From Microcoleus sp. (GTDB lineage: Bacteria; Cyanobacteriota; Cyanobacteriia; Cyanobacteriales; Microcoleaceae), in the NCBI GenBank assembly GCA_052279835.1, contig CP181291.1, positions 5,120,001-5,184,000 of the forward strand: a stretch of 64,000 nucleotides of DNA. Reading direction: 5' to 3'. Shown here in pieces: positions 22,171 to 32,960 of this stretch. Position 1 is the stretch's first letter; every line of letters begins with the position of its first letter. The position numbers were made by a program, and so were the translations under genes. A model generated the notes under the pieces. That model made no database searches and was not told the DNA's origin. It saw only the letters and a program-made list of their open reading frames with translations.

Positions 22171-22214
22171 AAGCCTTGTATAAGGACGGGGCTTTAAACT
22201 CAAATTTCCGCTAA
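22171..22214 (-). mobile_element. Degenerate IS200/IS605 left-end remnant
   Basis: AAGCC..AGGACGGGGCTTTAAACTCAAATTTCCGCTAA resembles 40897-40950 (AAGCC..AGGACGGGGTTTTCCACCCAAATTTTCGATAA). Confidence 0.6.
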
Positions 22215-22244
22215 TATTATAAAAATATTAAGATTTTTAACCTA

Positions 22245-23789
22245 ATGCCTGCTCCTACCCAATCCCAGTTATTTTCTGCCAACAGCAGCCCGACAGCACA
22301 AGAGTTTGACGTGATAGTCATTGGTTCTGGCATTGGCGGACTCGTGACTGCAACCCAGCTAGCGGCGAAGAAAGCTAAAGTTCTCGTCCTCGAAAGCTAC
22401 CTGATTCCCGGAGGTAGCGCTGGATATTTTGATCGCGAAGGCTACAGATTTGATGTCGGTGCCTCCATGATTTTCGGCTTCGGAGACCGTGGCACCACCA
22501 ACCTGCTCACCCGCGCCCTAGCAGCAGTCAATGTCAGCCTCGAAACCATTCCCGATCCCATCCAACTTCACTATCACCTACCCGCAGGTCTCGACCTTCA
22601 GGTTCCCCAGTCTTATGAGAAATATTTGCAAGAATTAATTGACAGATTCCCCCAAGAAAAGGCAGGGATTACCAAATTTTACGGCGAATGCTGGAAAGTA
22701 TTCAACTGTCTCAACGCCATGGAATTACTCTCCCTCGAAGAACCGGGATATTTAATGCGAGTCTTTTTCCAAAATCCTTTTGCGTGTTTGGGATTAGTCA
22801 AATATCTACCTCAAAATACTGGCGACATAGCAAGGCGCTACATTAAAGACCCCGTGCTGTTGAAATTCATTGATATGGAATGCTACTACTGGTCCGTAGT
22901 ACCCGCCGACTTGACACCCATGATTAATGCCGGAATGGTATTTTCCGATAGACATTACGGCGGAATTAATTATCCCAAAGGTGGAGTCGGTCAAATCGCC
23001 CAAAAATTAGTCCAAGGATTAGAACAGTGTGGCGGGCAAATTCAATACAAAGCTAAAGTCACAAACATTATTACAGAAAAAGGCCACGCTGTCGGAGTCG
23101 AGTTGGCAACCGGCGAAGTTTATCGGGCCAAGCGCATAGTTTCTAATGCAACGCGGTGGGATACTTTTGAGAAATTGTTACCCGCAGCAGAAATGCCGCC
23201 TAGCGAGAAGAAATGGCAGCAGCGCTATCAAAAAGCTCCCAGTTTCTTGAGTTTGCACTTGGGAGTGGCAGCAGATGTAATCGCTCCGGGTACCGCTTGT
23301 CATCACATTTTATTAGAAGATTGGGAAAAAATGGAAGCACCGGAGGGAACAGTGTTGGTATCAATTCCTACGCTGTTAGACCCAAGTTTAGCACCAGAGG
23401 GCTATCACATTGTTCATGCTTTTACTTCCAGTTGGATAGAAGAGTGGGAAGGGCTTTCGCCGCAGGAATATGAAGATAAAAAAGAAGTCGCAGCAGGTCG
23501 AATTATCGATCGCCTAGAGCAGATTTTTCCCGGTTTAGATGCCGGTTTGGATTATATGGAAGTTGGCACAGCCCGATCGCACCGTCGTTTTTTGAATAGG
23601 CAAGATGGCACCTATGGACCCATTCCCAAACAAAAGCTAATGGGTTTGCTGGGAATGCCGTTTAATCGAACTTCTATGCCCGGTTTGTATTGTGTGGGTG
23701 ATAGTACCTTTCCGGGACAAGGTTTAAATGCTGTGGCGTTTTCGGGGTTTGCTTGTGCCCATCGCATTGCGGTGGATTTGGGGTTGTAG
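22245..23789 (+). CDS. crtH: Carotenoid (prolycopene) isomerase
   Basis: GSGIGG FAD motif, [29 protein letters not shown]. Confidence 0.93.
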   Translation: MPAPTQSQLFSANSSPTAQEFDVIVIGSGIGGLVTATQLAAKKAKVLVLESYLIPGGSAGYFDREGYRFDVGASMIFGFGDRGTTNLLTRALAAVNVSLETIPDPIQLHYHLPAGLDLQVPQSYEKYLQELIDRFPQEKAGITKFYGECWKVFNCLNAMELLSLEEPGYLMRVFFQNPFACLGLVKYLPQNTGDIARRYIKDPVLLKFIDMECYYWSVVPADLTPMINAGMVFSDRHYGGINYPKGGVGQIAQKLVQGLEQCGGQIQYKAKVTNIITEKGHAVGVELATGEVYRAKRIVSNATRWDTFEKLLPAAEMPPSEKKWQQRYQKAPSFLSLHLGVAADVIAPGTACHHILLEDWEKMEAPEGTVLVSIPTLLDPSLAPEGYHIVHAFTSSWIEEWEGLSPQEYEDKKEVAAGRIIDRLEQIFPGLDAGLDYMEVGTARSHRRFLNRQDGTYGPIPKQKLMGLLGMPFNRTSMPGLYCVGDSTFPGQGLNAVAFSGFACAHRIAVDLGL

Positions 23790-23852
23790 CCGAGAATTGT
23801 GGTAACACAGGTTGCCCGATTCATTTCTCAATCAGAACTTGACCAATCAACT

Positions 23853-23887
23853 AAAAACCCTATTTCTGAATAGAAATCGGGTTTTTT
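23853..23887. terminator. Bidirectional terminator-like palindrome
   Basis: AAAAACCC-TATTTCT-GAAT-AGAAATC-GGGTTTTT between convergent genes. Confidence 0.6.
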
Positions 23888-23900
23888 AACGGAAATTTGG

Positions 23901-24021
23901 GGGTGCATCTGTGTTTTGTAAATATATTCGTAGGGGCGAAGCATGACCGCAGACAATTTATTAGTTATAACCAGAGATTTACTGCGGTCATGCTTCGCCT
24001 ATGCAAAATCGGGATGCTCCC
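23901..24021. repeat. MITE/REP-like element
   Basis: Ends GGGTGCATC / GATGCTCCC; internal GGCGAAGCATGACCGCAG..CTGCGGTCATGCTTCGCC; sibling at 1743-1865. Confidence 0.75.
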
Positions 24022-24048
24022 AGATTTGGCGGTTAGCATACCACTCAA

Positions 24049-24489
24049 TTACTCATCGTAGCTACCACCAACACCGATTTGGGTATTGTAGATTTTGGCA
24101 TCAGTGATCGTCATATCTTCCATGGATGCGCCGGATACATCTGCGGTGTTAATGATAGCGGCGGTCAAATTTGCCCGATCGAGGTCTGCATCATTTAAAC
24201 TAGCATTTGTCAGGAAAACTGATGTTAAGTTAGCACCAGTCAAGTTAGCACCAGTCAAGTCAGCGCCTTCGAGGTTGGCCTGAGATAGATTTGCTCCTGC
24301 CAAATTGGCTTCTCTCAAATCAGCACCAATTAAATGGGCTTGTCTTAAATCAGCTCCTGACAAGTCGCACTGAAAACACTGCCCTGTCGATAGTAACTGC
24401 TCGACATCAGAAGTACGCTCGGCACGAGCAGGGCTTACCAACAGTAGGGGAGTAACTAAGAGAGTAGCAGCTAACAGATTCAGTTTCAT
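24049..24489 (-). CDS. Pentapeptide repeat protein with signal peptide
   Basis: A(D/N)Lxx repeats, CFQCDL motif, AxA signal peptide. Confidence 0.92.
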   Translation of the reverse strand: MKLNLLAATLLVTPLLLVSPARAERTSDVEQLLSTGQCFQCDLSGADLRQAHLIGADLREANLAGANLSQANLEGADLTGANLTGANLTSVFLTNASLNDADLDRANLTAAIINTADVSGASMEDMTITDAKIYNTQIGVGGSYDE

Positions 24490-25317
24490 AATGTATGTCT
24501 CCTGGGACGATTTTAGGTTTATAAGTTTTTTTTGTTTATAGCTACCATTTTACCACAGTGGTTTTTGCAAGTTGCGATCGAGTACACAGCCCGGATGTGA
24601 CATGGAACCCGATGCGCGATGGGCGATCGCCCTCTAGTCAGTACCGCAATCTTTGCAAAATTTAACACTACAAAACTTAACAATATGAAATTCGAGCCGG
24701 TGTGAATTTCAGTAGTAACACCTCTAATATTAACGAATGCAAGTAACATTTGCGTCTTTCTACAGATAGATATGAGTGGTGAGGAAAGATGGGATATTAG
24801 AGACTTAATGTTTTTGTTAACTTTCACATCCGATCTGGGAATCAACCCTAACAAATTCTGTAAAAACCAATTACAGTTGGTAATAGCAGTATCCTAGGTG
24901 CTGTTTCGATATCCCAAAGCCAGTGGTAGGTAAAATTAAACTCATTACCATCCCAACCCGCTCCTTTGGTACATAAAAAAGATACACTCTTAATTTCATA
25001 GATATAGCAAGAAACTTCGCCTGCTATCATAGTTGTGCCACCAGCAGGAAACTAGCCACAGCTCAACCAAATCCCGCAGGTGAATGTTTAACAACAAATT
25101 TTAATTAGTTAAAAGTTAGGCACTTACTCCCCCCAACCCTGTTGATTCCTAGATCGATCGCAGCTAAATCTCTAATTTTTCCCAAAAATTGGGTTCCTGA
25201 GTCTAACTCAACCAAATCTAGCCACCGTGAAACCATCTAGATATTACTGGGGTAAGAACTCGCAAGCAGTGCCTTGCTCAAAAGTCCTAAATTCTCTGCG
25301 ATCGCCAAAAATTAAAT

Positions 25318-28300
25318 ATGATAAAAAACCATTCCTCCAAATATCTACCAACCTTAGACCAAGTAATTGACCGCAGCCCCTTGACAGTTGCGCCAAATAC
25401 CCCATTAGCAGAAGTAATTACCCTCATGGGTCAACTACGCGAAAGTTGTCCCCGCGAAACACAAATTCCACCCACAAGTATTTACCACCAACTAACAGAA
25501 ATTACGCATCCCCTCACACCCGCAGACCCACTCCGAGATACCAGAAGTGGCTGCGTCTTTGTCGTCGCCAAATTGAAAGAAACTTGCTCTTGGGATGCCG
25601 ATCGCATTTCTCCATTGCAAGGACTATTTACCGAGAGAGACCTGGTAGATTTGATTGCTTCAGGCAAAAACTTAAAAGCTGTCACCATCGCCGAAGTAAT
25701 GAAACAGCCCATAGCAACTCTGACAAAATCCGAAGCTCAAGACATTTTCAGCGCCCTAATTTTACTTCGTCAATACAAAATTCAGCATTTACCAATATTG
25801 GACAATGACGGTCAACTTTTAGGAGTAATTACCCCCGAAAGCATTCGCCAAGCCATGTTGCAACCGGCCAATATTTTAAAAATGTCCCAAGTCAAAGAAG
25901 TAATGACAACTCAAGTCATTCAAGCCCCGGTAACTGCTTCAGTGATGAGTTTAGCGGAGTTGATGGCGCAACACCGCGTTAGCTGCGTCGTCATTACAGA
26001 AACAGAATTATCTAGAAATTGGGAATTGCCAATTCCGGTAGGCATCGTCACAGAACGGGATATGGTAGAATTTCAAGCCCTAGAAATAGATTTATCCCAA
26101 ACGATCGCCCAAACAGTCATGAGTACCCCCTTGTTTTGTCTCAAACCAGAAGACTCCCTGTGGGTAGCTCATCGGGAAATGCAGCAACGCTTAGTCCGCA
26201 GGTTGGTTGTCACCGGAGAACAGGGAGAACTTCAGGGCATAGTTACCCAAAGTAGTTTACTCCGAGCACTAGACCCAATGGAAATGTCAGGGGCGATCGA
26301 TGTGCTCCACGATTCGGTGCAAACACAAACTCACAAATTGCAAAAAGCCATCGCCTCCCTCAGCTTAACCAACGCCCAACTAGAAAGCGAAATCGCCACC
26401 CGCATCAAAGCCGAGGCCAGGCTACATCTTTTAGAATCAGCCGTAGTCAACGCTAACGACGCGATCGTGATTATGGATGCCGGACACAGCGATATCTCTG
26501 ACCCCACCATCATCTACACCAACGAAGCTTTTACCCAAATGACGGGCTATCTACCCACAGAAATCATCGGACAAACGCCCAGTTGCTTGCGTGGCCCAGA
26601 AAGCGACCCAGCCCAAGTAGCCAAAATTCGCCGCGCTTTCTCTCGCCGCGAACCTCTGCGCTTGGAATTGATTAACTACCGCAAAGATGGTTCGACTTAT
26701 TGGGTGGAACTCAACAGCGTACCCATTGCCGAAGCGTCGGGGAAAGTGACACACTGGGTGTCTGTACAGCGCAATATTAGCGATCGCAAGCGGCTGGAAC
26801 AAGCATTTTTTCAAGAAAAAGAACTCGCTCAAGTTACTTTACAGTCGATCGGCGATGCCGTAATTACCACAGATGCTAGTGGCTACATTTCCACCCTCAA
26901 CCCTGTGGCTGAAAAAATCACCGGTTGGTCAACCTGCGAAGCCAAAGGTTTGCCCCTAGCAATGGTGCTCAGCATAGTTGACGAAACTACCCGGATGTCG
27001 ATCGCAAATATCGCTGACATCGCTTTGTCCCAAGGTCAAATTGTAGACAAAGGACAAAACAGCTTGTTAATTGCCCGCAACAACCGCGAATTTGCGATCG
27101 ACTATTGCGTCGCCCCCATCCACGCCAGCGATAGCGAAATCATCGGTGCCGTCGTGGTGTTCCGAGACGTCACTCAAGTGCGAACTCAAGCGCGACAATT
27201 AACTTGGCAAGCAACTCACGACTCCCTGACGCAATTAGTCAACCGCCGCGAATTTGAATACCAGTTAGAATACGCCCTCCACAGGACTCTAGGTTACGGC
27301 CAAGAACACGTCATGCTGTACCTAGATCTCGATCGCTTCAAAATAGTCAACGACACCTGCGGCCATATGGCTGGCGATGAATTACTTCGTCAAGTCAGTC
27401 AGCTATTTAAAAATAATATCCGCAAAACCGATATTTTAGCCCGTCTCGGTGGCGATGAGTTTGCCGTACTCCTGTACGAATGTTCAGCCGAAAAGGGATT
27501 GGAAGTAGCAGAATCCCTCTTAAATTGCATTGAAGGGTTCCGGTTTGGATGGCTAGACAAAACTTTTTCTATTGGTGTCAGTATTGGTTTAGTTGCCATT
27601 AATCACAAGACACCATCGGCCTCTGGAATTTTGATCGCCGCCGATATCGCCTGTTATGCTGCTAAAAATAAAGGTCGCCATCGGGTGCAGGTTTATCGAT
27701 CGGGCGATCGGGAATTGCTCAAGCAACACGGCGAAACCCAATGGGTAGTGCAAATCAATCAAGCCCTAGAAGATAATCGTTTCTGCTTGTATTCTCAGCC
27801 GATCGTACATTTGCTACACCCTCAAACCACAGGAGTTCACTGCGAAATCCTACTGCGTCTCCAGCTTGAAAGCGGCCAGTTAGTCTCGCCCATGGCGTTT
27901 ATTCCCGCGGCCGAACGATACAATTTAATGAACGCGATCGACCGCTGGGTCCTCCGTACTTTATTTACCAATTTGTCACAAGTTTTTGGTCCAAATTCCT
28001 TAGCCCAGAACCAAAGCGCCCACAGCCAGCCCATCGCCACTTTGCCTGCTTGTTGTGCCATGCCTAACTTGCGGTCATCGATTAGTAACTATGCTAGCCT
28101 GTATGCTCTTAACCTTTCTGGTGCTAGCATCAACGAAGAACGGTTTATTGAATTTATTTACGAGCAGTTTTCCATCCACCAAATCCCCCCGGAAATCATT
28201 TGTTTTGAAATTACAGAAACCGTGGCGATCGCGAATCTCAGCAAAGCAGCTAGTTTAATTTCTAAACTCAAAGGACTGGGATGTCAGTTTGCCTTAGATG

Positions 28301-28644
28301 ACTTTGGTAGCGGGATGTCTTCCTTTGCTTATCTAAAAAGTTTGCCCGTTGATTATATTAAAATCGACGGCAATTTCATTAAAAATATTGTCAACAATGA
28401 AGTTGATATTGCGATGGTGGAATCCATCACAAAAATTGCTCATGTGATGGGAATTACCACTATAGCTGAGTATGTGGAAAATGAAGAAATTATGGAAAAA
28501 CTCAAAGAACTGGGAGTTGATTATGGTCAAGGTTATTTTTTGGGAAGACCTCAACTTTGTAATTTAAAAACTCTAAATTTACAGGAAGTTTTGGAAGAAG
28601 TTACTGTAAATTCTTTGGATTTGAAAACTCAGATAGCTTCTTGA
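25318..28644 (+). CDS. CBS-PAS-PAS-GGDEF-EAL c-di-GMP signalling protein
   Basis: CBS pairs (GLFTERD, GIVTERD), PAS (NYRKDG), RLGGDEF, EIL(L)R, ALDDFGSG. Confidence 0.92.
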   Translation: MIKNHSSKYLPTLDQVIDRSPLTVAPNTPLAEVITLMGQLRESCPRETQIPPTSIYHQLTEITHPLTPADPLRDTRSGCVFVVAKLKETCSWDADRISPLQGLFTERDLVDLIASGKNLKAVTIAEVMKQPIATLTKSEAQDIFSALILLRQYKIQHLPILDNDGQLLGVITPESIRQAMLQPANILKMSQVKEVMTTQVIQAPVTASVMSLAELMAQHRVSCVVITETELSRNWELPIPVGIVTERDMVEFQALEIDLSQTIAQTVMSTPLFCLKPEDSLWVAHREMQQRLVRRLVVTGEQGELQGIVTQSSLLRALDPMEMSGAIDVLHDSVQTQTHKLQKAIASLSLTNAQLESEIATRIKAEARLHLLESAVVNANDAIVIMDAGHSDISDPTIIYTNEAFTQMTGYLPTEIIGQTPSCLRGPESDPAQVAKIRRAFSRREPLRLELINYRKDGSTYWVELNSVPIAEASGKVTHWVSVQRNISDRKRLEQAFFQEKELAQVTLQSIGDAVITTDASGYISTLNPVAEKITGWSTCEAKGLPLAMVLSIVDETTRMSIANIADIALSQGQIVDKGQNSLLIARNNREFAIDYCVAPIHASDSEIIGAVVVFRDVTQVRTQARQLTWQATHDSLTQLVNRREFEYQLEYALHRTLGYGQEHVMLYLDLDRFKIVNDTCGHMAGDELLRQVSQLFKNNIRKTDILARLGGDEFAVLLYECSAEKGLEVAESLLNCIEGFRFGWLDKTFSIGVSIGLVAINHKTPSASGILIAADIACYAAKNKGRHRVQVYRSGDRELLKQHGETQWVVQINQALEDNRFCLYSQPIVHLLHPQTTGVHCEILLRLQLESGQLVSPMAFIPAAERYNLMNAIDRWVLRTLFTNLSQVFGPNSLAQNQSAHSQPIATLPACCAMPNLRSSISNYASLYALNLSGASINEERFIEFIYEQFSIHQIPPEIICFEITETVAIANLSKAASLISKLKGLGCQFALDDFGSGMSSFAYLKSLPVDYIKIDGNFIKNIVNNEVDIAMVESITKIAHVMGITTIAEYVENEEIMEKLKELGVDYGQGYFLGRPQLCNLKTLNLQEVLEEVTVNSLDLKTQIAS

Positions 28645-28757
28645 AAAGTCCTTGGTCATTAGTCATTAGTTATTGGCGGCATCCGCTCAGATTCATCGAA
28701 GAATCCAAAGACAAGGCGCGCAGCAAATAACCAATAACAAATAACCAATAACTAGCT

Positions 28758-28991
28758 TCAACCCTCAACAATAGTTTCCACAGCTTCAATATACTGACTG
28801 TCTAGGAGGAAAGCACCTTTTTCAAAACGAATTCCCCAATAATTGCCAGGATGCCGATCGACTACAATACCCTCATCGCCGATCGCAATTACATTCGCCG
28901 GCCGCAGCATCGGCATCCGTTCGGCAGTTTTTACGTAGGGTGGCATCGCTACAACTCGCACTTTTTGACCGACAGTAAATTCTTTTTCCAT
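28758..28991 (-). CDS. sipA: NblS-interacting protein SipA (DUF3148)
   Basis: PPYVKTAERMPMLRP..WGIRFEKGAFLLDSQYIE; start taken at the ATG of MEKEF. Confidence 0.8.
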   Translation of the reverse strand: MEKEFTVGQKVRVVAMPPYVKTAERMPMLRPANVIAIGDEGIVVDRHPGNYWGIRFEKGAFLLDSQYIEAVETIVEG

Positions 28992-29189
28992 GAGTTTTTT
29001 TTCCTTTGACAATCTGGTGATTTGAGTAGTAATATCAATTCCGGTTGTATTGGAATGATTTAACCGCGAAGGCGCTAAGGACGACCCCCCCCTGCCCCCC
29101 CCAAGGGGGGAAAGAGGAAGAGAAGAGAGAGTTTAATACAGGAAGATGAAGACAGGATTTTATATAACTTTAGTATTTTATGCAACTGT

Positions 29190-29616
29190 TTATTTTAAAT
29201 ACTCCTGCAACAACTTCCAAGCCATTTGAGTCCCCTCCCCTGCGTTTACTTTCCCAAAATCTACATCTTTTCTCAAAACCACAAAACCCACACCTTCTTT
29301 GATTTCTATGTCCTCGAAATTGCTAACTCTCGCCAAAAACAAGTGATTTTGTTGTATAATTTGGGGATTTTTTTTGGTCTTAGGGTGAATAAAAGTTGCG
29401 ATAAATTCCATGGTGTAATTGGTTTGGAGGCAAGTTTCTTCCTCCAGTTTCTCGCACTGCTGCTTGCTTTGGACTTTCTCCAAGGTCTACGGCACCTCCA
29501 AAAGTAGACAGCATCCCTTGACTTGCAATACCTGGAATATTATCTCGCAGTTGTGCCACAATCTGACCGTTCGGGAGCATGAGAAAAATACGAACAATTG
29601 ACTGAGGAATATTCAT
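29190..29616 (-). pseudogene. NUDIX hydrolase with a +1 frameshift in the Nudix box
   Basis: FGGAVDLGESPKQAAVRE in one frame continues as LEEETCL in another; extra A in GAA-A-CTG (plus-strand TTT 29448-29450). Confidence 0.8.
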
Positions 29617-29823
29617 ATTCGATGTGTTTGAGATTGAGATTGAGTCCTGGGCTAGGTTTGCACAAGTGACTAACGGCGATCGCTCGTCCTGCTTCTCTAT
29701 CCCTGTCATACTAATCCTAATTTTTGGACCGATCGCGCATAACACCGATACCGATCGCGCTACAATTGTCAATCGGGATAAAAACGGCAGATATAGCCGA
29801 TCTAAAAGTAGGGGATAGTTGGT

Positions 29824-30255
29824 ATGGCTACAAGTCGTCGCATAGAGCGCGTAGCTTCAATGATTAAACGCGAAGTCAGCCTCATGTTGCTCAACGGCAT
29901 TAAGGACGATCGAGTAGGTGCCGGTATGGTTAGCGTCACCGAAGTAATTGTTTCGGGAGACCTTCAGCACACAAAAATCTTTGTCAGCATTTATGGTAAT
30001 GATGAGGCGAAAGCCGAGACCATGGAAGGTTTAAAATCCGCTACTAGCTACGTCCGCAACCAGTTGGGCCAAAGGATGCAACTGCGCCGCACACCAGAAG
30101 TCACCTTTCTCGAAGACCGCTCCCTAGAACGAGGTGATAAAATGTTAATACTGTTGAATCAGCTTTCGGCCAATCGCAAACCGGATCTAGAAGATTCAGA
30201 TGCAGAATTCAGCGACGATGAAATTGACGATACAGACGATGCAGATGAGGATTAG
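29824..30255 (+). CDS. rbfA: Ribosome-binding factor A
   Basis: [27 protein letters not shown]; acidic tail. Confidence 0.95.
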   Translation: MATSRRIERVASMIKREVSLMLLNGIKDDRVGAGMVSVTEVIVSGDLQHTKIFVSIYGNDEAKAETMEGLKSATSYVRNQLGQRMQLRRTPEVTFLEDRSLERGDKMLILLNQLSANRKPDLEDSDAEFSDDEIDDTDDADED

Positions 30256-30278
30256 TATTTAACTGGTTTTAACTTAAC

Positions 30279-30399
30279 TGGTTCCCTGGCTCTGCCTGGG
30301 AACCGAGATCCAGAGGCTCTGCCTCCTAAGATCCTCCCAGCAAGCAATATCAGGAAATAAGGAGGCTCTGCCTCCCCGCACACATTCCCAGGAAACAAG
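30279..30399. repeat. GAGGCTCTGCCTC-family palindromic repeat
   Basis: GTTCCCTGGCTCTGCCTGGGAAC plus two GAGGCTCTGCCTC; same family as 15934-16033. Confidence 0.75.
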
Positions 30400-30427
30400 T
30401 AAACCAATAACCAGTTAGCAATTTCCC

Positions 30428-32086
30428 ATGATTGACAATCTTTCCCTACCAGAATTAGTAGCCCAGATGTTCGTAGTGCGCGCTTCTGGTTATTTGTTCG
30501 ATCGCCAAATTCGCTATCCCGAATGGGAACCCACCGCCGACAAACTCCGCCATTACGTAGAAAAATTGGGCGTTGGTGGTGTGATTTTGGTAGGGGGAAG
30601 TGCTGCGGAATTGTCAGTTCGATCGCACCAATTGCAATCTTGGGCAAAATTTCCGCTATTACTGGCGGCGGATATTGAGGAAGGTGTCGGCCAGCGATTC
30701 AGTGGCGCAACTTGGTTTGGACCACCGATGGCCATCGCAGAAATTGCCAAGCAAAACCCAGCAGATGCAGGATGCTATGCCGAACAAATGGGTGCTGTGA
30801 CTGCCATCGAAGCTAGGGCGATCGGTCTCAATTGGGTTCTGGCACCAGTAGTTGATGTCAACAACAATCCTGACAATCCAGTGATTAACGTCCGCGCTTT
30901 TGGCGAGACACCAGAAATTGTCAGCAAATTAGCCAGTGCTTTTATTCGCGGCGCCAGCACACAATCGGTTTTGACTACAGCCAAACATTTTCCCGGCCAC
31001 GGCGACACCGCCGTTGATTCTCACTTGGAATTGCCGATTTTGCCCCATTCCCCAAGTCGATTGGCGGAGGTTGAGTTGCCTCCTTTTGTCGAAGCCATCG
31101 CCAATGGAGTTGATGCTGTGATGAGTGCCCACTTGCTGATTCCGGCTTGGGATGCTGATTTTCCGGCTACTGTTTCTCGCAAAATTTTGATGGGGAAACT
31201 CCGCCAAGAGTTGGGTTTTCAGGGTTTGATCGTAACCGATGCTTTAGTGATGGGGGCGATCGCCAATCAGTATGGCCCTAATGAAGCAGCGGTTTTGGCG
31301 GCTGTTGCTGGTGCTGATGTTTTGCTGATGCCCCTAGACCCCCACGGCGCAATTCAGGCTGTCTGTGAAGCTGTGACTCAAGGTAGGATTCCCAGAACAC
31401 AAATCAAGGAATCTGTGAAGCGAATTTGGGAGGCTAAGCGTAAAGTTGGTTTGCAGATTTCTGAACCGTCCCAACCCGCCCAGCAGCCCAGGCGTAAGCA
31501 TCAAACTGCTGTTGTCGAAAGCGGTAGCAAGAATCTACAATCGCTAAATTCGATCGACTTAAGTTTGCTGGCACATCCGGCTGCCACGACAATTGCTGCT
31601 GATATTTTGCGAGATTCCTTGAAATTTGGCGGCAATCTACCTTTGGCTGTGTCGCAGACTCAAAAAAATCAGCCGTTGCGGAATTTAATAGTTGTAGATG
31701 ATGTTTTGGCGTGCGAATTTTTGGGAAACCACACTCCCGCGATCGCCGTGCCGGCCAAGTTTGGTTACGAATTGCAACTAATTGACGATCGCACCGCCTC
31801 CATCGCACAGAATACAAATGCAGAGTCCTTTACTCCCACCTTGCTGCAAGTTTTCATTCGTGGCAACTGCTTCCGAGGGAGTGCTGGCTTGACCTTGGCT
31901 GCTCAAGATTTGTTTAAGAAATTATTAACAACCGGTGAACTTCAAGCTGTGTTAATCTACGGAAGTCCCTACGTTTTAGACCAATTTTTGCCCCATCTGT
32001 CTCCCAGCATTCCCCATGTATTTTGTTTCGGCCAGATGCCGAGTGCCCAAGCCATCGCCCTAGAATTACTATTTGGCCTAGACTGA
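30428..32086 (+). CDS. Glycoside hydrolase family 3 (NagZ-like)
   Basis: ADIEEG, APVVDVN, KHFPGHGDTAVDSH, VTDALVM. Confidence 0.9.
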   Translation: MIDNLSLPELVAQMFVVRASGYLFDRQIRYPEWEPTADKLRHYVEKLGVGGVILVGGSAAELSVRSHQLQSWAKFPLLLAADIEEGVGQRFSGATWFGPPMAIAEIAKQNPADAGCYAEQMGAVTAIEARAIGLNWVLAPVVDVNNNPDNPVINVRAFGETPEIVSKLASAFIRGASTQSVLTTAKHFPGHGDTAVDSHLELPILPHSPSRLAEVELPPFVEAIANGVDAVMSAHLLIPAWDADFPATVSRKILMGKLRQELGFQGLIVTDALVMGAIANQYGPNEAAVLAAVAGADVLLMPLDPHGAIQAVCEAVTQGRIPRTQIKESVKRIWEAKRKVGLQISEPSQPAQQPRRKHQTAVVESGSKNLQSLNSIDLSLLAHPAATTIAADILRDSLKFGGNLPLAVSQTQKNQPLRNLIVVDDVLACEFLGNHTPAIAVPAKFGYELQLIDDRTASIAQNTNAESFTPTLLQVFIRGNCFRGSAGLTLAAQDLFKKLLTTGELQAVLIYGSPYVLDQFLPHLSPSIPHVFCFGQMPSAQAIALELLFGLD

Positions 32087-32120
32087 AAGCCTCTAGGGTA
32101 ACTTACCAAGTTGTGCATTA

Positions 32121-32150
32121 AAGCCCCGTGCTTTAATACACAGGGACTTT
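32121..32150 (+). terminator. Probable intrinsic terminator
   Basis: AAGCCCCGTG..CACAGGGACTTT imperfect hairpin after the GH3 stop. Confidence 0.45.
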
Positions 32151-32492
32151 CTGTCTCGGATTCTGGAATCTCAACTTTTCAATGGATTGACCACCAGGAA
32201 AATGCTTGAGTTAGCTGTTTATGAAAGTTTTATAAATTTTTGTTAAGCTTATACTTGAGTAAATCTACTTAGTTTGTGCGAAAAATCAAAGTTTTGAGAC
32301 CGAAAGAACCCTGCTGAAACTCCGAATAAGTCGTTACTGAGCGGATTTGTGTAATTATTAGAATTTCTTTTAAGTTTATATAACTAAATTGTATCTATAT
32401 ATACAGACAAAAATTAATCTAGGAATTAGTTGGGTGTACACTATATTATTAATAAGGCCATAAAAATTTTTAGCAAACATTGAGGGCGCATT

Positions 32493-32726
32493 ATGATTCA
32501 GTCCACCATCCACCCATTGCAATACTCTTTAGATGTTATCCAAGATGAAGCACGTCACCTCGTGCATGATGGCGTACTCAGCCGTCAGCAGCCCATTTAT
32601 ACGATGTGCCAATTCATTCCCCCCCGCGAATGGGCTTGTGTAGAGTGCGAACTAGAAAAATGTGACTTTTTGCTGCGCGATCGCATCGCCGACCTGATCG
32701 GTTCAGAAAAGTGGGACAATGACTAA
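32493..32726 (+). CDS. DUF4327 family protein
   Basis: YSLDVIQDEARHLV..SRQQPIY..PPREW..FLLRDRIADL..W pattern; GAGG RBS. Confidence 0.8.
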   Translation: MIQSTIHPLQYSLDVIQDEARHLVHDGVLSRQQPIYTMCQFIPPREWACVECELEKCDFLLRDRIADLIGSEKWDND

Positions 32727-32960
32727 ATTTGCTTCATCCAGTCCGGCTGTGTTGAGCAATTGAATCAGTTATGGGTGTTTGTTGTAGATGAGGCTGGTAG
32801 CAGAATTGGCAATTAGCACAATGTAAGTGTTTAAGTTAGAACGGCTTTTTTTCACACACATTACTCCTAATTGCAACAGTGTTAGAGGAGGTTGCTTGTT
32901 TGGGAAATACCTTTTTCGATTAAAAACTTTCAAATTAGTTTGTCTGCGACTCAAGATACT

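Noticed and set aside
24490..25317. Long intergenic region with small ORFs (24519-24854, 24848-25030)
   Set aside because: No protein motifs or convincing RNA structure; likely a divergent promoter region.
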